This document shows, piece after piece, positions 1-12,284 of a stretch of 63,067 bases of DNA. The stretch is taken from the NCBI GenBank assembly GCA_026025795.1, contig JAPEUG010000060.1, positions 1 to 63,067 of the forward strand, read 5' to 3'. The translations under genes were made by a program, and so were the position numbers. The notes beneath the pieces are model-generated. The model did no database searches and was not told the origin of the DNA. It saw nothing but the letters and a program-made list of their open reading frames with translations. The stretch is from Thelocarpon superellum. Lineage: Eukaryota. Position 1 is the first letter of the stretch; every line of letters begins with the position of its first letter.

Positions 1-363
1 CGCCGATGAAGCCCGGGATGTAGGTAGGTGCCGTGATGAAAGATGTGTCGCAGCGTCTACGTGTCGCAGCGGATGAGTACGTGTTCATGATCTGCAATGT
101 ACTGACCGTGGGTCACTCACAAATCGATGATCGCGCCCGCCACGGCGTTGCTCTTCTTCATGAGGACGTGGCGACCATGCATCCGATGGCAGGATGGGAA
201 GCTGGCCGGGCAGCTCCATGGCCGGACTGGAGAGCACGATCTCATCCGCGCCATCTGCAGCGATGAGAGTGGGCGACAAGGCTAGGAAAGAGAGGAGGAC
301 AGCAGCGGTCACCCGGCGAGCCGAACGACACGCATGGGACGCACTAGCATCGGACAAGGGCAT
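1..363 (-). CDS. ATG15: Vacuolar/autophagic lipase Atg15, 5' portion (gene runs off the window start)
   Basis: Exon 363-121 encodes a hydrophobic signal-anchor (VTAAVLLSFLALSP). A GTGAGT..TAG intron spans 120-57. The spliced product reads ..RDHRF|TLRHIFHHGTYLHPGLHR, matching the 'F.LRHIFHHG..P.LH.R' N-terminal motif I recognise from fungal Atg15. Confidence 0.8.
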
Positions 364-1754
364 GTTCGCAGGCGACAGCGCTGAGATGTCCGAGCAGATG
401 GCCCGGGAGAGGGACGTTTGTGATCCTCGCCAGTGCGGACCACCTAAATGAACGGTCGAAGTGGAGGTGAGGTAGGTGAATCACCAGGGGTCCTGTAGGC
501 AGGCAGTTGTTTGGGTTGGCGGGCCCGTTGCAATCAATGCGTCACGATACAAATGATTGGCTATCGTCGCATCACTCGGTCGATCGAGGCACGACGGAGG
601 TCACGGGGAACGTCGCTGCGGAGGCCGCGTGCCAAATGGAACTTGGCAAAATAACTACGTTATCCGGCTCCTGACAACGACCACAGTCGCAATAATCACG
701 AGTCCAGACAAACAGATCACGTGATCTCAACCCATGGGGCTGGGTGTTGCGCAAAGAGAATACGGTGAAAGAAAGTATGAAGGCTGAATATTAAAAATCT
801 GCTTGGGTCTCCCCATACCTAATATATGGGAACTCCTGATGTGGCATTTCCTGTTCTGCCCTTCGTGATCAGCTGCTGTAGCTGTAAATTATGTCATCCT
901 CCAACAAAATACAGGGGATGTCGTGGCGGCTATTCGACCCCTGCTCTTGGGTGCGTCAAACGGCCCTGCGCCATTCCCCTGGTCTACCGGGCGTTCATGT
1001 CGCACAAGTTGCAACCAGTCCGGTCATGACCCTACGACGTTCGTTCCCTTCCCTCGCCTCTCGTGCTTCGCCTTCACCTTTACCTTCGCCTTCGCCGCAG
1101 AGGAGCGTCGTTTCAGCCAGCGCCTATGAGCGCTCTCGAACGCGGTCTTGGCGGATCGTGGTGGATTGATCTAGGCTGTGATACTAGATCGTGACCTCGG
1201 TGAGTTTAACGATTCCCCGCGAACGTTACAGTCTGCAAGCGGTCATATACACGTAGCTTATTACCAATGCGGCTGTGCTGTGCATCCACAGCCCTCGCGT
1301 TTACATGGGATATCCGCGCTTCTTACTGACGTTTCGTGATGTCGATATGAGAATTGAACAATTTACAACCCCACTACACGTACGCACGTAGCAGAGGCTA
1401 CAGCAACTATCACAAGCAATGACGTCTGGAGGTTGAAGGAAGGTATATCCTGTTCGGAAATAGCGGGGTTGCGGTTTCAGGTGTAGGAGTCACGATAGTC
1501 GCTCCCCTCGAGCTATCTGTTGCGCAGGCTGGAGTTGGTGTAGACGGTAATATAATTGACTATGAAATCTCTGCTGCTTAGCAACCCTGTCCCGAAGTTC
1601 GGAGAAGGTTCTGTCTGTCTTGGAATTGGGAAACAACATCGTCCCCTAACAGAAATCTCACGTGAAACACCTGTTCCTTCTTCCACTCCACTGCATCATT
1701 TATGGTCCCAAGCGATAAGTATCTCATCCGCAATAATCAGGCGTGCGAACGTCC

Positions 1755-2321
1755 TCACGCGTGCGTCGTGTAGTCCAGCTTGAGATGGCCAATGACCTGG
1801 TTGTTGGCGTTGGTGATATCCACCTCGCCACAAGTATGACAACCCTCTTGACGGAGCGCGGTGATGGCGTCCCAGGCCATTTGTTTCGTGATGTTAAACG
1901 TCGGGATGGAATCAAAGCCCTCGCCGAACAGGGCTAGGCCACTCTCCTTGCCGAGTATCGTCACTCCGGAACCGAAGCGGAGGATGTGCGTGTCGCCTGG
2001 GCGGTAGGTCTGGTTCGCCGGGAGATTGTGTCGTGTCATCTCGAAATCGGCCAGGCAGTCCTTTCCAGGGGCGCCGCACGAATAGACACGACACATTCCG
2101 CGCGTGATGCAACTGGTCCCGTTCTGAGGAAGGTGATACGTGGTGCCATTGACAGTGTAGTCGTATGTTGTGGGTTTGACCACATGGGGGACGCTGTCGC
2201 GTGCCAGCTTATTGCCGTGATCGACCACGGTGTTGGGAGCAGGATGGGCGAGGGCCGGATACACGACGGCGCTTCCAACGAGGCCGAAGGTCAGCGTAGC
2301 GGTCGAGGATAGAAGCTTCAT
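1755..2321 (-). CDS. Small secreted Cys-containing protein, KP4 killer toxin-like (188 aa, intronless)
   Basis: Signal peptide MKLLSSTATLTFGLVGSAVVYPALA; 6 Cys. The C-terminus ITALRQEGCHTCGEVD...GHLKLDY resembles KP4 (LTNLVNHGCRVCGSDP...GQLTVNY), and QTYRPGD resembles KP4 QTWCPGE. TATAAA on the minus strand at ~2441-2446. Confidence 0.65.
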   Translation of the reverse strand: MKLLSSTATLTFGLVGSAVVYPALAHPAPNTVVDHGNKLARDSVPHVVKPTTYDYTVNGTTYHLPQNGTSCITRGMCRVYSCGAPGKDCLADFEMTRHNLPANQTYRPGDTHILRFGSGVTILGKESGLALFGEGFDSIPTFNITKQMAWDAITALRQEGCHTCGEVDITNANNQVIGHLKLDYTTHA

Positions 2322-3137
2322 TGCGTGCGAAGGAGAAGTCAAGTCAGCGGAGAATTGGCGGGACAATGGCAGGGTCAGGGTACGAGTGCTTGATGTTGGA
2401 TGCCCGAGGACTAAAGACATGTCAGGGTCTGCGCCTGCTCTTTATACACGGAACGACAGGAGTCTCAGTAGTCGATGAAGAATCACCTTCCTCTCCTTCA
2501 TCGCATGCCAAGAGGAATACTGCCTAGTCATGCGACAGATGGAGATGTATACGCCAACTAAGGAGGAGCAAACACTAGACATCAAGCATGAACATGGACA
2601 CGCATGTTCTGGATGGATCATTGACGCGAGAGGCACGTCAAGACACTCATGCTGAGGGAAAATGGGAAAAGGAATGGTCTGGGCCTGTCCTTTGCTCGGT
2701 CATCAGGCGAGCACGATGGAGAGAACGAAGCGACGAAATTCATGCTGAGCGTAGTCTTGGAAGGTGTATCTCCTGCCATGGTGCCTTCGCTGGGCTAAAT
2801 GTCTGGAGATTGCTGGATGGCTCGCATGAGTCGCAGCAACCTCTGCTCATCCCCACTCATGTATCGTCGCGACTTTAGCGAGCGACTTCTCCTGCTGTAC
2901 ATGTCAGTGTGGGAATCCCAACGGCTTGGGCGAATAGATGTGTAAAGTATGAGGGATCATGCCATGGCACGACTATCATATCTCATTCCGGTCAGCCATG
3001 GGCTTTCAGGCGTTATTGGCCGGGGCTTCTTCCCCGATGGAGTGTCTTGTCGCAACGTTCGCGCAATCGGGTAGGGAAACCAGCGGCAATAGGCCTCTTG
3101 ATTAATGCCTGTAGAGAAGGAACCCCTAGGAGCCTTC

Positions 3138-3304
3138 GCTGCTCCACCATGCCAGGTCACTGCTCCTCCACAATGCCAGGTCACTGCTCCTCCACCATGC
3201 CAGGTCACTGCTCCTCCACCATGCCAGGTCACTGCTCCTCCACCATGCCAGGTCACTGCTCCTCCACCATGCCAGGTCACTGCTTCTCCACCATGCTAGG
3301 TCAC
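3138..3304. repeat. Minisatellite, ~7 copies of the 24-bp unit CTGCTCCTCCACCATGCCAGGTCA
   Basis: Directly visible head-to-tail copies with only a few substitutions and no spacers. Confidence 0.95.
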
Positions 3305-4083
3305 GTGGCGTGGCTACGCAGCTACCACTGTTGGAGGATGACATAATCTACAGCTACAGCAGCTGATCGCGAAGGGCAGAACAGGAAATGCCACATTAGA
3401 GGTTCCCATGTATTTTGTATGGGGAGACCCAAGCAGAGTTTTGATAGTCAGCCTTCATACTATCTTTCGCTGTATTCCCTCTGCACAACAACCACTCGTC
3501 CTACAAGGTCAGGAGTCATGGTATGAAGTGCTTCGTCCTAATATCAACAATATTACTGTCGTGGTACTCAACTTGGTGAACGTGCTCAAGGAGAATAGGG
3601 CCAGCCGAAGACGCCATCATAGCAGTGTCGACTTTCGGCGCGTGTCCGCGTGTCGGAGTTGGCACATATTCCCTCGTCTCCCTCTTAGTACGATAGCACC
3701 CTCACGTGAAACACTCACAATAGGTCTTGTTAGTATTGTGTAGAGCACTAACATTAGTCACTATACGTCCGGGATCATCGGAGAGGTGGGATGCACCGCT
3801 GACCACCGGATATTGTCCATGTGAGGCGCAACCAGCTGCAGCCGTAGGCGAAGGCTTGAGCAGCCCACGACGAAGACGAATACGATACTCGTCCTGGCAG
3901 CTCTCCACCGTAAGCGGTTTCGGAATCCGCAACTAGACGGCATGTCTCTAAGTGCGAGCACAACGGCCCGCTCTGGCCTAAACCCTCCCTGGTCCCACCG
4001 CCGCTGAGACCGGTGCAACGACGGAAGAGCTGTACACAGGCTGAACGAGGACCCTCGAGCGAGGACCCCTCGAGCATCAGACG

Positions 4084-6587
4084 ATGCTCACCATGTCTGC
4101 CAACCCGCTCGACGCCCTCACAGACCCGGCCACCTCCTTTCCGCCCCGAGATTCGTCGCTGCGGCGTCCTCACCCCTCCCCCGCCGCCCACTCGTTCCCC
4201 CGCCTGGACTCTCCCGCCGAGCCCAGCACGCCCATTCGTCCCCGTGCCAGCACGCTGCAGGTCGACAGAGGTCCGTTGACCTTGAGCCCCGTGGAGAGCG
4301 CGAGCGTATCCTCCTTCGACCGGGGCGATGCGGCTGAAGGTCTCGCAGGAAAGTGGGGGGAGGCGACGAGCAAGGGGGAGACCCCTTCCCCAATCTCTCG
4401 AAGTCCGTCATATTCAGGTGTCGAGGTGACGGATGAGCTTCCCATCGAGCTCATCAGCCTCTCGGATCGGTAAATGCCTCCAACCGGCTCCCGGCGTAAG
4501 GGACGCGCGACTGACTAGTCGTGCTGCAGCTTCATCGACTCGCTCTCGGCCAAAGTACACCCATCCCCTCCCTCCGTCGACAAGCTGTCCGAGCTCTTCC
4601 AGGACTTCTACGTGCTCGCCGCTTCGCACATTGCCACCCACATCTCTGCCCTCTCCTCCCGGCAACACCGTGATTCGTCGCCCTCCCCACGGGTCTTGTC
4701 GCGTAGCTCCAGCGCCACCACTGTGGGCGGACGGACGGTCTCGGGTGGGTCCCGAAGCAAGGCGCCGTCTGGCTCCGAGCAGCAGCTCCTCACCACCACG
4801 GAGATCGACGACCGGCGGAAGGCGCGGAGACTACTGGAGAAGAAGCGCCTGCTGCTGGAAGAGGCCGTGGAGCGGCGCGTGTGCGAGGCAGTCTACGAGC
4901 GCATCTGGCGACACCGCAGCACGCACGATGAGGAAATGGACGAAAAACTTCGATCGCGCACGGCCGCCTTGGGCGTGGTGGGCATCGGCCTCGACGAGCT
5001 GGGCATCCAGCTCCTGGCACACCACGCCGACGGTACCCCGGTCCAAGAGACCGACGTCCGACACTGGCTGAGCGAGGCGCGCGAGCAGCTGATGCGGATG
5101 AATGATGAGCGATGTCCGCTGGGGAAATTGCTCCATCTCAAGGCCGCGCACAAGGGAATCGTCGATACGCTATCGCGCGTGCATCCCACGTCGTCGTCGG
5201 CGGACGAGATCCTTCCCACCATGATCTACACCCTGATCACGACGCCCTCGGAAGGGATCAACGTCATCTCGAATCTCTACTTCATCCAACGCTTTCGCGC
5301 CGAAAGTAAGATGGACGGCGAGGCGGCGTATTGCCTGACCAACCTCGAAGCTGCCATTACCTTCCTCGAAAACGTCGACCTACCGAGCCTCCGGGCTAGC
5401 GAGAAGCTCTCCGGCCCGCCCAAATCTGTCAGCAACCCGTCGACGCCCGAGCCCGCCGATGATGATCTGCTCGCGGCGAAGGGAGCCAAGTCGGCGCCTC
5501 GACACCCACCCGGAGCCCCGATCGCCATGATCGGGGTCCAGGCCGGCCCCGAGACCCTCACCAAACCTCCCGCTCCGTCCGTGACCTTGTCCCGTCCCTC
5601 CACGGCGACATCCCACCAACGACGTTTGAGTGAATTGCTGCAGCCGCATACCCATGCCATCGGCGCGGCGAGCGATGCCGTCATCAACACGGCCGACCAG
5701 GGCTTCAAGACGATCGGTAGCACGTTGGAGAATAGCTACAATCTCCTCTTCGGACGATTGAAGGAGCGGCAGCTTTCTGGGACAGGCATCGACGACGAGG
5801 GAAAGGTGGTGGTACCCAAGACGCTGGATGATGCGCGCAAGTTGGTCGACGTGATACCCGCAACGGAGGATGATGGCACGGCGAGCGTGACCAGCTCCAA
5901 CGCTGCCGAGCAGAAGGACGGACAAGGAGCGGATGCCAGCGTCAAGGGTCACGATCGAGCGCTCAGCTTGATCGGTGGACTGGGCATGGCACGTGAGCGG
6001 AGCTCGGACAGTACTCGAAGCAGCGGCAGCGGGCGGAGGACCAACATGATGGAGGAGATGACGGGCGTCAAGGAGATAGACCTGACCACGCCCCGCGTCT
6101 CGGTCACGTCACATCCCGCGTCAAGCCCGGCCGTGTCGGCGCTCAACCCAGCGGTCGAATCGATGCGTCATCTGGGCAACAGTCTCAACCCGCTGAATCG
6201 GCTACCCAGCATCAACGTCATGCGCACTTTCGGACGAAGCACGCCGACCGCCGCCACACCTCCGACCGCGACGCTGGGCACGCACAAGGAGGTGGAAGGT
6301 ATCAACGGAGATGCTGCCACCGACTCCGTCATGGGCGGCGTTGCAGGTCTGACGACAGTACGTGCCAACCCAATCCGACGACGGCCACCTCATCTACTAA
6401 TGTGACACAGGCATTTCCGGACCTCGCCGCCTCACTTCCCCCAAAGGAGGGAGCCAAAGTGGCACCCCCCATTCGCAAGTTCATGGAGATCGACAACCCA
6501 GGGGAGTTGAAAATCAGCGAGGTATTGGAGCTGTTGCGTGATTACAGACGGCTTGCTGGTGCTTTGAGGACTTTGGGTGCGGTGTAA
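4084..6587 (+). CDS. VPS9-domain Rab5-family guanine nucleotide exchange factor (Muk1-like)
   Basis: VPS9 motifs SADEILPTMIY, NLYFIQRFR, GEAAYCLTNLEAAITFL. Introns at 4470-4529 and ~6358-6410 join the three ORF pieces in frame. Confidence 0.88.
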
Positions 6588-6889
6588 GGGGACTGTACTT
6601 TGACGTCTTTGGGAGCGATCGACGGAGGTAGACGGGGTCGTGAGCAATCTTGAATGGTTTGAGCGTTGAGTATCCGTCCTGCATTGCGTTGGCGTCTGGG
6701 AAGCAGTCGAGTTGCAAGACGACCGCTCGGGGCAAGTCTACCGTCTGGTCTCGGAAAGAACACCAGCGGCGCTGGGGGCGGCTTTGGTGTATCATACACG
6801 ATGCTGCTGGACGGCATTCCGTCGTCCAATGATTCACCAGCACTACGTTGTCCGTCTCCCCTGATATCTACGTCCGAGACAACGCCGCA

Positions 6890-7951
6890 TCAACGCAAGA
6901 CCAGATCTGCCACGACCGCACGATGATCCGACATATACACAGGGCAATCCGCGGCGCGGTTAGGAAGGACGACGTAGGAAGTGACCAGCCACGGCGGGGG
7001 GGCCGCCATCTCTCCATGGAGGAGGAGCCCACGATCCCGCGTCTGCTCGCGGGGGCCCAAGAAGAGGAAATCAATGACGGACGGCGGATCCGGACCTCCT
7101 TTGAACCCGGTGAAGGTGTAGTGCTCGCCAGCCACCAGGCGGCCATCGACCAACTCGCGCACGTCCTGGACGGGGGAGCGTGGCGCATTCAGGAGGCCGT
7201 GCGCGCCCTGGCCCTCGGGACTGTTGAGGTCCCCGGCTAGAAGCACGGGGAAGGTCAGAGTGGAGCGAGGATGGCCGGGAGGAGGGGGAGGCGGGGGCGG
7301 GATCAGGACGTAGTCCGGGTCCGCGAAGCGCTCGGCGGCGCGCATGATCACCTTGGCCGCCTCGGTGCGAGATCGCGTCCCTTGGTCGTCCAGGTGCGTG
7401 TTGAACACTACCACGTGCCGGTGACTTGCCCGGTGCTGGAAGATGCCGACGGTCAGGATCCGGATCGAGGCCGCGTCCCACCCGCGCGAGGGCCGGTCGG
7501 GCGTCTCGGAGAGCCAGATGGTCTCGAAGTGCTGCACGCTCCAGACGGACGGTCGGTAGAAGATCGGGGCGTATTCTCCGCGTTCGTGTCCGTCCTCGCG
7601 CCCCACGCCGATGTATGCCCATGCTGGGCGTGGAGCGAGTAGGTCCGCGGGTAGAGCAGAGGAGGATGAAGGGGGGACCGAGGAGGAGGACGCGGATGAG
7701 GATGAGGGCGGATCCTGGCCATGCGGGGTTCCATCGAGAGCTCGACGGATGTCCAGGAGCTGGTCATGCAGGACCTCCTGTAGGCAGATGAGAGCTTCGG
7801 GATTGTGTCGAGTGTTAAATATCAGGTTATTGCAAAGCAGCGATCTGCGATCTCGCCACGGTACCTCTCCCTTGAAGGGCGACTCGGTGGCATAGCGGAT
7901 GTTGTGCGTGAGGAGTCGGATCGATATCGATCCTGTATCTTTCACTCTCAT
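6890..7951 (-). CDS. Endonuclease/exonuclease/phosphatase (EEP) family protein
   Basis: Motifs THNIRY, LCLQE-like 'ICLQEV', NTHLD, LAGDLN, IDFLF and SDH. Single exon with poly-Ser and poly-Pro insertions. Confidence 0.92.
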   Translation of the reverse strand: MRVKDTGSISIRLLTHNIRYATESPFKGEVPWRDRRSLLCNNLIFNTRHNPEALICLQEVLHDQLLDIRRALDGTPHGQDPPSSSSASSSSVPPSSSSALPADLLAPRPAWAYIGVGREDGHERGEYAPIFYRPSVWSVQHFETIWLSETPDRPSRGWDAASIRILTVGIFQHRASHRHVVVFNTHLDDQGTRSRTEAAKVIMRAAERFADPDYVLIPPPPPPPPGHPRSTLTFPVLLAGDLNSPEGQGAHGLLNAPRSPVQDVRELVDGRLVAGEHYTFTGFKGGPDPPSVIDFLFLGPREQTRDRGLLLHGEMAAPPPWLVTSYVVLPNRAADCPVYMSDHRAVVADLVLR

Positions 7952-8205
7952 GTTGACGTCTGGTAGCGTGAATTATCATGGGAAAGAAACCAAAGGATCA
8001 ATTCATGCATAAGTGAACGTGGCCAGGGACAGCTGACGTGGGGCTGCTGAGGTGGAGCTCTATCGTCCAATGACCTCGACCATGGCGGGGCACGAGAGTC
8101 AAAAGACGGCGCGACCAACAACAGGCGAAACTTCCCTCTCGGCGCTCTTCCCACAATCTGCATGCACTATTGTCGGGAGGCATTCGCCCGCCCACCTACA
8201 TCAAC

Positions 8206-9513
8206 ATGACCGACACAAAGATGGAATACACGCGCTTAGGCAAATCAGGTCTCAAGATATCCAAAGTGATCCTGGGCACAATGTCATATGGCAGTCCGGA
8301 CTGGGAGGGATGGATCTTGAACGAAGACGAGGCCCTGCCTCTCCTGGAACACGCCTACAAAGTGGGCATCAACACATGGGATACTGTAGGGACCTGCCTG
8401 CCACTATTGCCACTACCACCGCTGCCTGCCTAGATAGACCCTGGGGAAACCCTCATGCACCGCATCACTCTCCTTGCTCCCCAACACTGCGTCCGACCCG
8501 CCCCACATCTCCATGAACGGAGCGGAAGACTTATGCTGTGGGCATGTCAGGCAGATCTCTACTCCAACGGCAAATCAGAAGAAATCATCGGCAAGGCGTT
8601 GAAAGTATACAACATCCCACGCGAGCGGGTCGTCATCCTCTCCAAATGCTTCTATCCGGTTCCGACGGCGGAGTGGGACAAGAGAAGTGCCAAGTCGGCC
8701 ACGGATGATCAGATGATCAACCGGCAGGGATTGAGCCGGAAATACATCTTCGATGCCGTGGACGCCAGCGTCAAAAGACTGGGTACGTATCTCGACGTCT
8801 TGCAGATCCATCGTCTCGATCGCGAGACGCCCAAGGAGGAAATCATGAAGGCGTTGAATGACGTGGTGGAGAGTGGGAAGGTGCGGTATATCGGTGCTAG
8901 TTCGGTGTGTCCTCCACCCTCCTTCTCTCTTCCCCTTCTCATTCCCTCCCTTCTTTCTTCCCTCCCCCCATGCTTCTCTTGAATTCACCTCATTGATCGT
9001 CCACCCCAGATGGCAGCATGGGAGTTTCAAACCCTGCAACACATCGCAGAGCGAAACGGCTGGCACAAGTTCATTTGCATGCAAAGCTACCACAACCTCC
9101 TCTACCGCGAAGACGAGCGCGAGATGAACCCGTACTGCGTCGACAGCGGGGTAGGACTAATACCATGGTCGCCGCTGGCCAAAGGCGTGCTAGCCCGTCC
9201 CTGGGCCGCGCGCTCCAGCACGCGCGAAGCCACAGACGCCTCCATCTCTGGCTGGTATCGCAGCGGGGACGACGAGGCCGATCGGGAGATCGTGCAGCGC
9301 GTGGAGCAGCTCGCAAGGAAACATGGCGTGCCCATGGCGGCAGTGGCGACGGCCTGGTCGCTCTCGAAGTCGCTTACAAATCCCATCGTGGGGCTTAGTT
9401 CCAAGGAACGCATCGATCAAGCTGTCCAGGCAACTAAGCTGACGTTGGACAAGGACGATGTCAGGTTCTTGGAGGAGCCGTATCGACCCAAGGCGCTGCT
9501 GCCGCTTTACTGA
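8206..9513 (+). CDS. Aldo/keto reductase (aryl-alcohol dehydrogenase-like)
   Basis: MEYTRLGKSGLKISKVILGTM, WDT|ADLYSNG, SVKRLGTYLDVLQIHR, GKVRYIGASS|MAAWEF, IPWSPLAKG. Two introns (8386-8550, ~8905-9009). Confidence 0.93.
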
Positions 9514-9690
9514 GTGTGTCCAGTATGGCGGGTCCGACGGCTGATAGTGTGGCTGTCATTGATGAATTGACGACACATTCAATTGAAGAAGGGATATTCG
9601 AACGCTCCGTTAACGACCCCGTTCCGTGAACTCCCCCGCCCGAAGATTTGCTCCAGAAATTACAGGTGGCATATATCTCCAAAGCAGCAG

Positions 9691-11766
9691 CTAGTAGCGG
9701 AACCTGAAATCCAATCGCTTGTTCCCGTCGCGCTCGCGCGCCTCGGTGTCGGCTTGGTAGGCGTTGCGCTCCCCCAGCGTCATGCCATCCCACACGCGCT
9801 CCTTGCGTCGATTCAGGTGCTTCAGGTACTCGCGCTGCCCAATGAAGGTGGCGAGAGCCAGGGCGCAAATGGAGATGAGCACCTTGTTGCCGAGGTAGTA
9901 ATAGGGAGCATCGTAGGCGCGGTATATCTGTGACCCGATGATCGATCCAACCTGTACAATCACATTATACGTCGCGGCCGTTACGGCTCGTTTCTTCACG
10001 TCAAAGGAATTCTCGCTAATCCATGCCGAGACGATGGGGTGGAAATACGGATCTGCTCGAGCTGTTAGTACGCAGGAGGAGATCAGGCGCCAGGTGTGGG
10101 ACGTACATCCGGATATCAGGGTCGTGAGTGCGAATCGGGTCCAGTTGCTGGCAGAGGGGTGGATGCCAATGAGCGCGGCCAGCAGAGGCAGACACCAGAA
10201 CTCTCCGAAGAAACAGTGCCACGTGCGCTCGGCTCGCCTCTCGCTGCTCTTGGCCAGGACTAACATCAAGATGATCTGTAAGACGGCCGAAGGGATGGAC
10301 AAAATGTTGCTGAGGAATGTCGAGTACCCGATGCGGTTGAGCGTCAAGGAGAGATAGCTCTGGACTGGTGTGGCGGGGATGTAGGCCACAAGGCCGATGA
10401 AGTACAGTCCCCACATCGACCTGTCTTTCAACGCCTTGACAACATCCGGCACCCGGATGGGTTCTTTGAGCGCCGTCAGACCTTTGGCGGGGTCATCACG
10501 CAGAAGTCGCTATGCATCCCGTCAGGCGACGACTCCAAGGTCGGAGAGAATGACGGATGATACTCACATTGATCATGATCACCTCCTGGCGCTCTGTGTA
10601 CCATGGCTTGCGCCAGATGGCGCCCGTCGTGCGAGTGGGTGAGGATGGAAGGTAGAAGTAGCTCTGGGCTGGCGGTCAGCACTTGCAGGCCAAAGAGAGC
10701 GAGAGACGCAGACGGACTTACGAAGAAACCAATGAGAAAGGTCAAGACGCCTTCCAGTAAGAAAAGCCAGAACCAGCCCGGCTTGCCGCCAACGCCTCGC
10801 ATCTTGAGGATGCCGGCGGCAAGTAAAGCTGAGATGACTCGTGCAACCTGGAAGGGTCAATACATGAGCCATGCAGTGGAGAAGCGAGCATACATTAAGC
10901 GTGGACCAGAAAACGGCCAGCCGCACGGCCAGCTCTCGCGATTTGTAGAAGTATGTCGTGAATAGAATGGTGCCCGGAATGAAGCCTCCCTCGCACGCGC
11001 CGATCAAGGCCCGGGTGATGTAGAAGCTGGTCCGATTTGTCATCCATGCCTGAGCCCAAGCTGCGCGGGTCAGTATGCCGGCCGCGCAGGGGCACGCGGG
11101 GGGACACGAACAGATGGTCCCCCACAGCATCATCATGACGGGCAGCACCTGCTTGAAGCCATAACGCTTGATGAGAAGCTGGACCGGAAACTCGGCCACC
11201 AGGAAGCACACGAGCTGGATGGTGGTTCCCTGATCGGTCGATGAACATCAGCACGTCACGGCTTTCCTCCGTGGGGCCGCCGTACATTGTTGTAATCATC
11301 CGAAGTCAGATTGAGATCCTTGAGAAGATTGTCGGTCAACGCGTTGGACAGATTGCCACGATCCAATTGGAGGCCGAGGAACTAGACGGCAGGGGTCAGT
11401 GTGATGACGAGGCCACCATAGCCGGCGATTACCAACCATGAGGCATATCACGCTGAGCAAATACATGTCCGTCTTGAGGACGACCACGCGTTCCTCGCCC
11501 TCGGACCACGACGCCTTTGGCTCCCATCGATGACGTCCTTCGTAGCTCTCGTGCGGGGGCACGACCGAGGCCAGGTGCTCGGCCCCAACGGGCGCGAGGG
11601 AGACCTGCGACACGGAATCACCCGAGCTGTCTTTGATGTCGCCCTCTCTGGACGACACCCGCTGCTCCACGCGCGACAAAGTGGCCGGGTCGGCCATGTC
11701 TTGAGGCGATGAGGGACCACTTTCTGCCCCGTTGCTCTCCAGCAAGGGATACGATTCTTCGATCAT
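9691..11766 (-). CDS. MFS transporter, DAL5/allantoate permease family (AstA/Soa1-like sulfate/sulfonate transporter)
   Basis: Multi-exon. Spliced motifs [31 protein letters not shown] and C-terminal NKRLDFRF; many TM helices. Confidence 0.88.
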
Positions 11767-12284
11767 GACATGCCACTACGAGTAGTATTATATGATCATG
11801 ACGGCGGACGCACCGGCGCCGACGCAGGTGCCGAGCACGCCATCATGATTCCTTGATCCCTCCATGCGCCCGGCTTGGCCTTCCGCTTGGCTTCATGACA
11901 CGGGCGGCGAGAGTGCCTCTAACACAGTCACTTTGCGTCGTCTGCGCGTGTGGCCCGACATAAGCGAGGTCACCTGCAGTTGCGCCATTGCTCGCCATTC
12001 TTCAAGGTGTCAAGCCGACCAATGGCAACCGGGCGACTTCCCCACAATTTGGAAACCTTGTTCACGATCCATGGTTCTCGCGGGCCGATGGAAGCTACGA
12101 GACCTGCGGCAAGACGGGCACCACGAGGAAACGAGAACACCGGGTGTGGCGGCGCCGACAATGGTAGGTCGATATATGTATCTGGGCCACGCCAATGCCA
12201 TGGATTGCTGTGCCCCTTCCTTCTGTGGCGTTCGACATCTGCTGGGCGTTGCCTTCGTCGTGCCGCTCGTCTTCCAAGCCAAGC

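Noticed and set aside
480..1750. Transposon or RIP relic in the lower-GC region
   Set aside because: No transposase or RT motifs, terminal repeats or strong TpA skew are evident by eye.
3138..3304. 24-bp direct repeats as a CRISPR array or a repeat protein
   Set aside because: There are no spacers and no cas genes, and the context is eukaryotic. The ORFs across it are a by-product of a stop-free 3n repeat unit.
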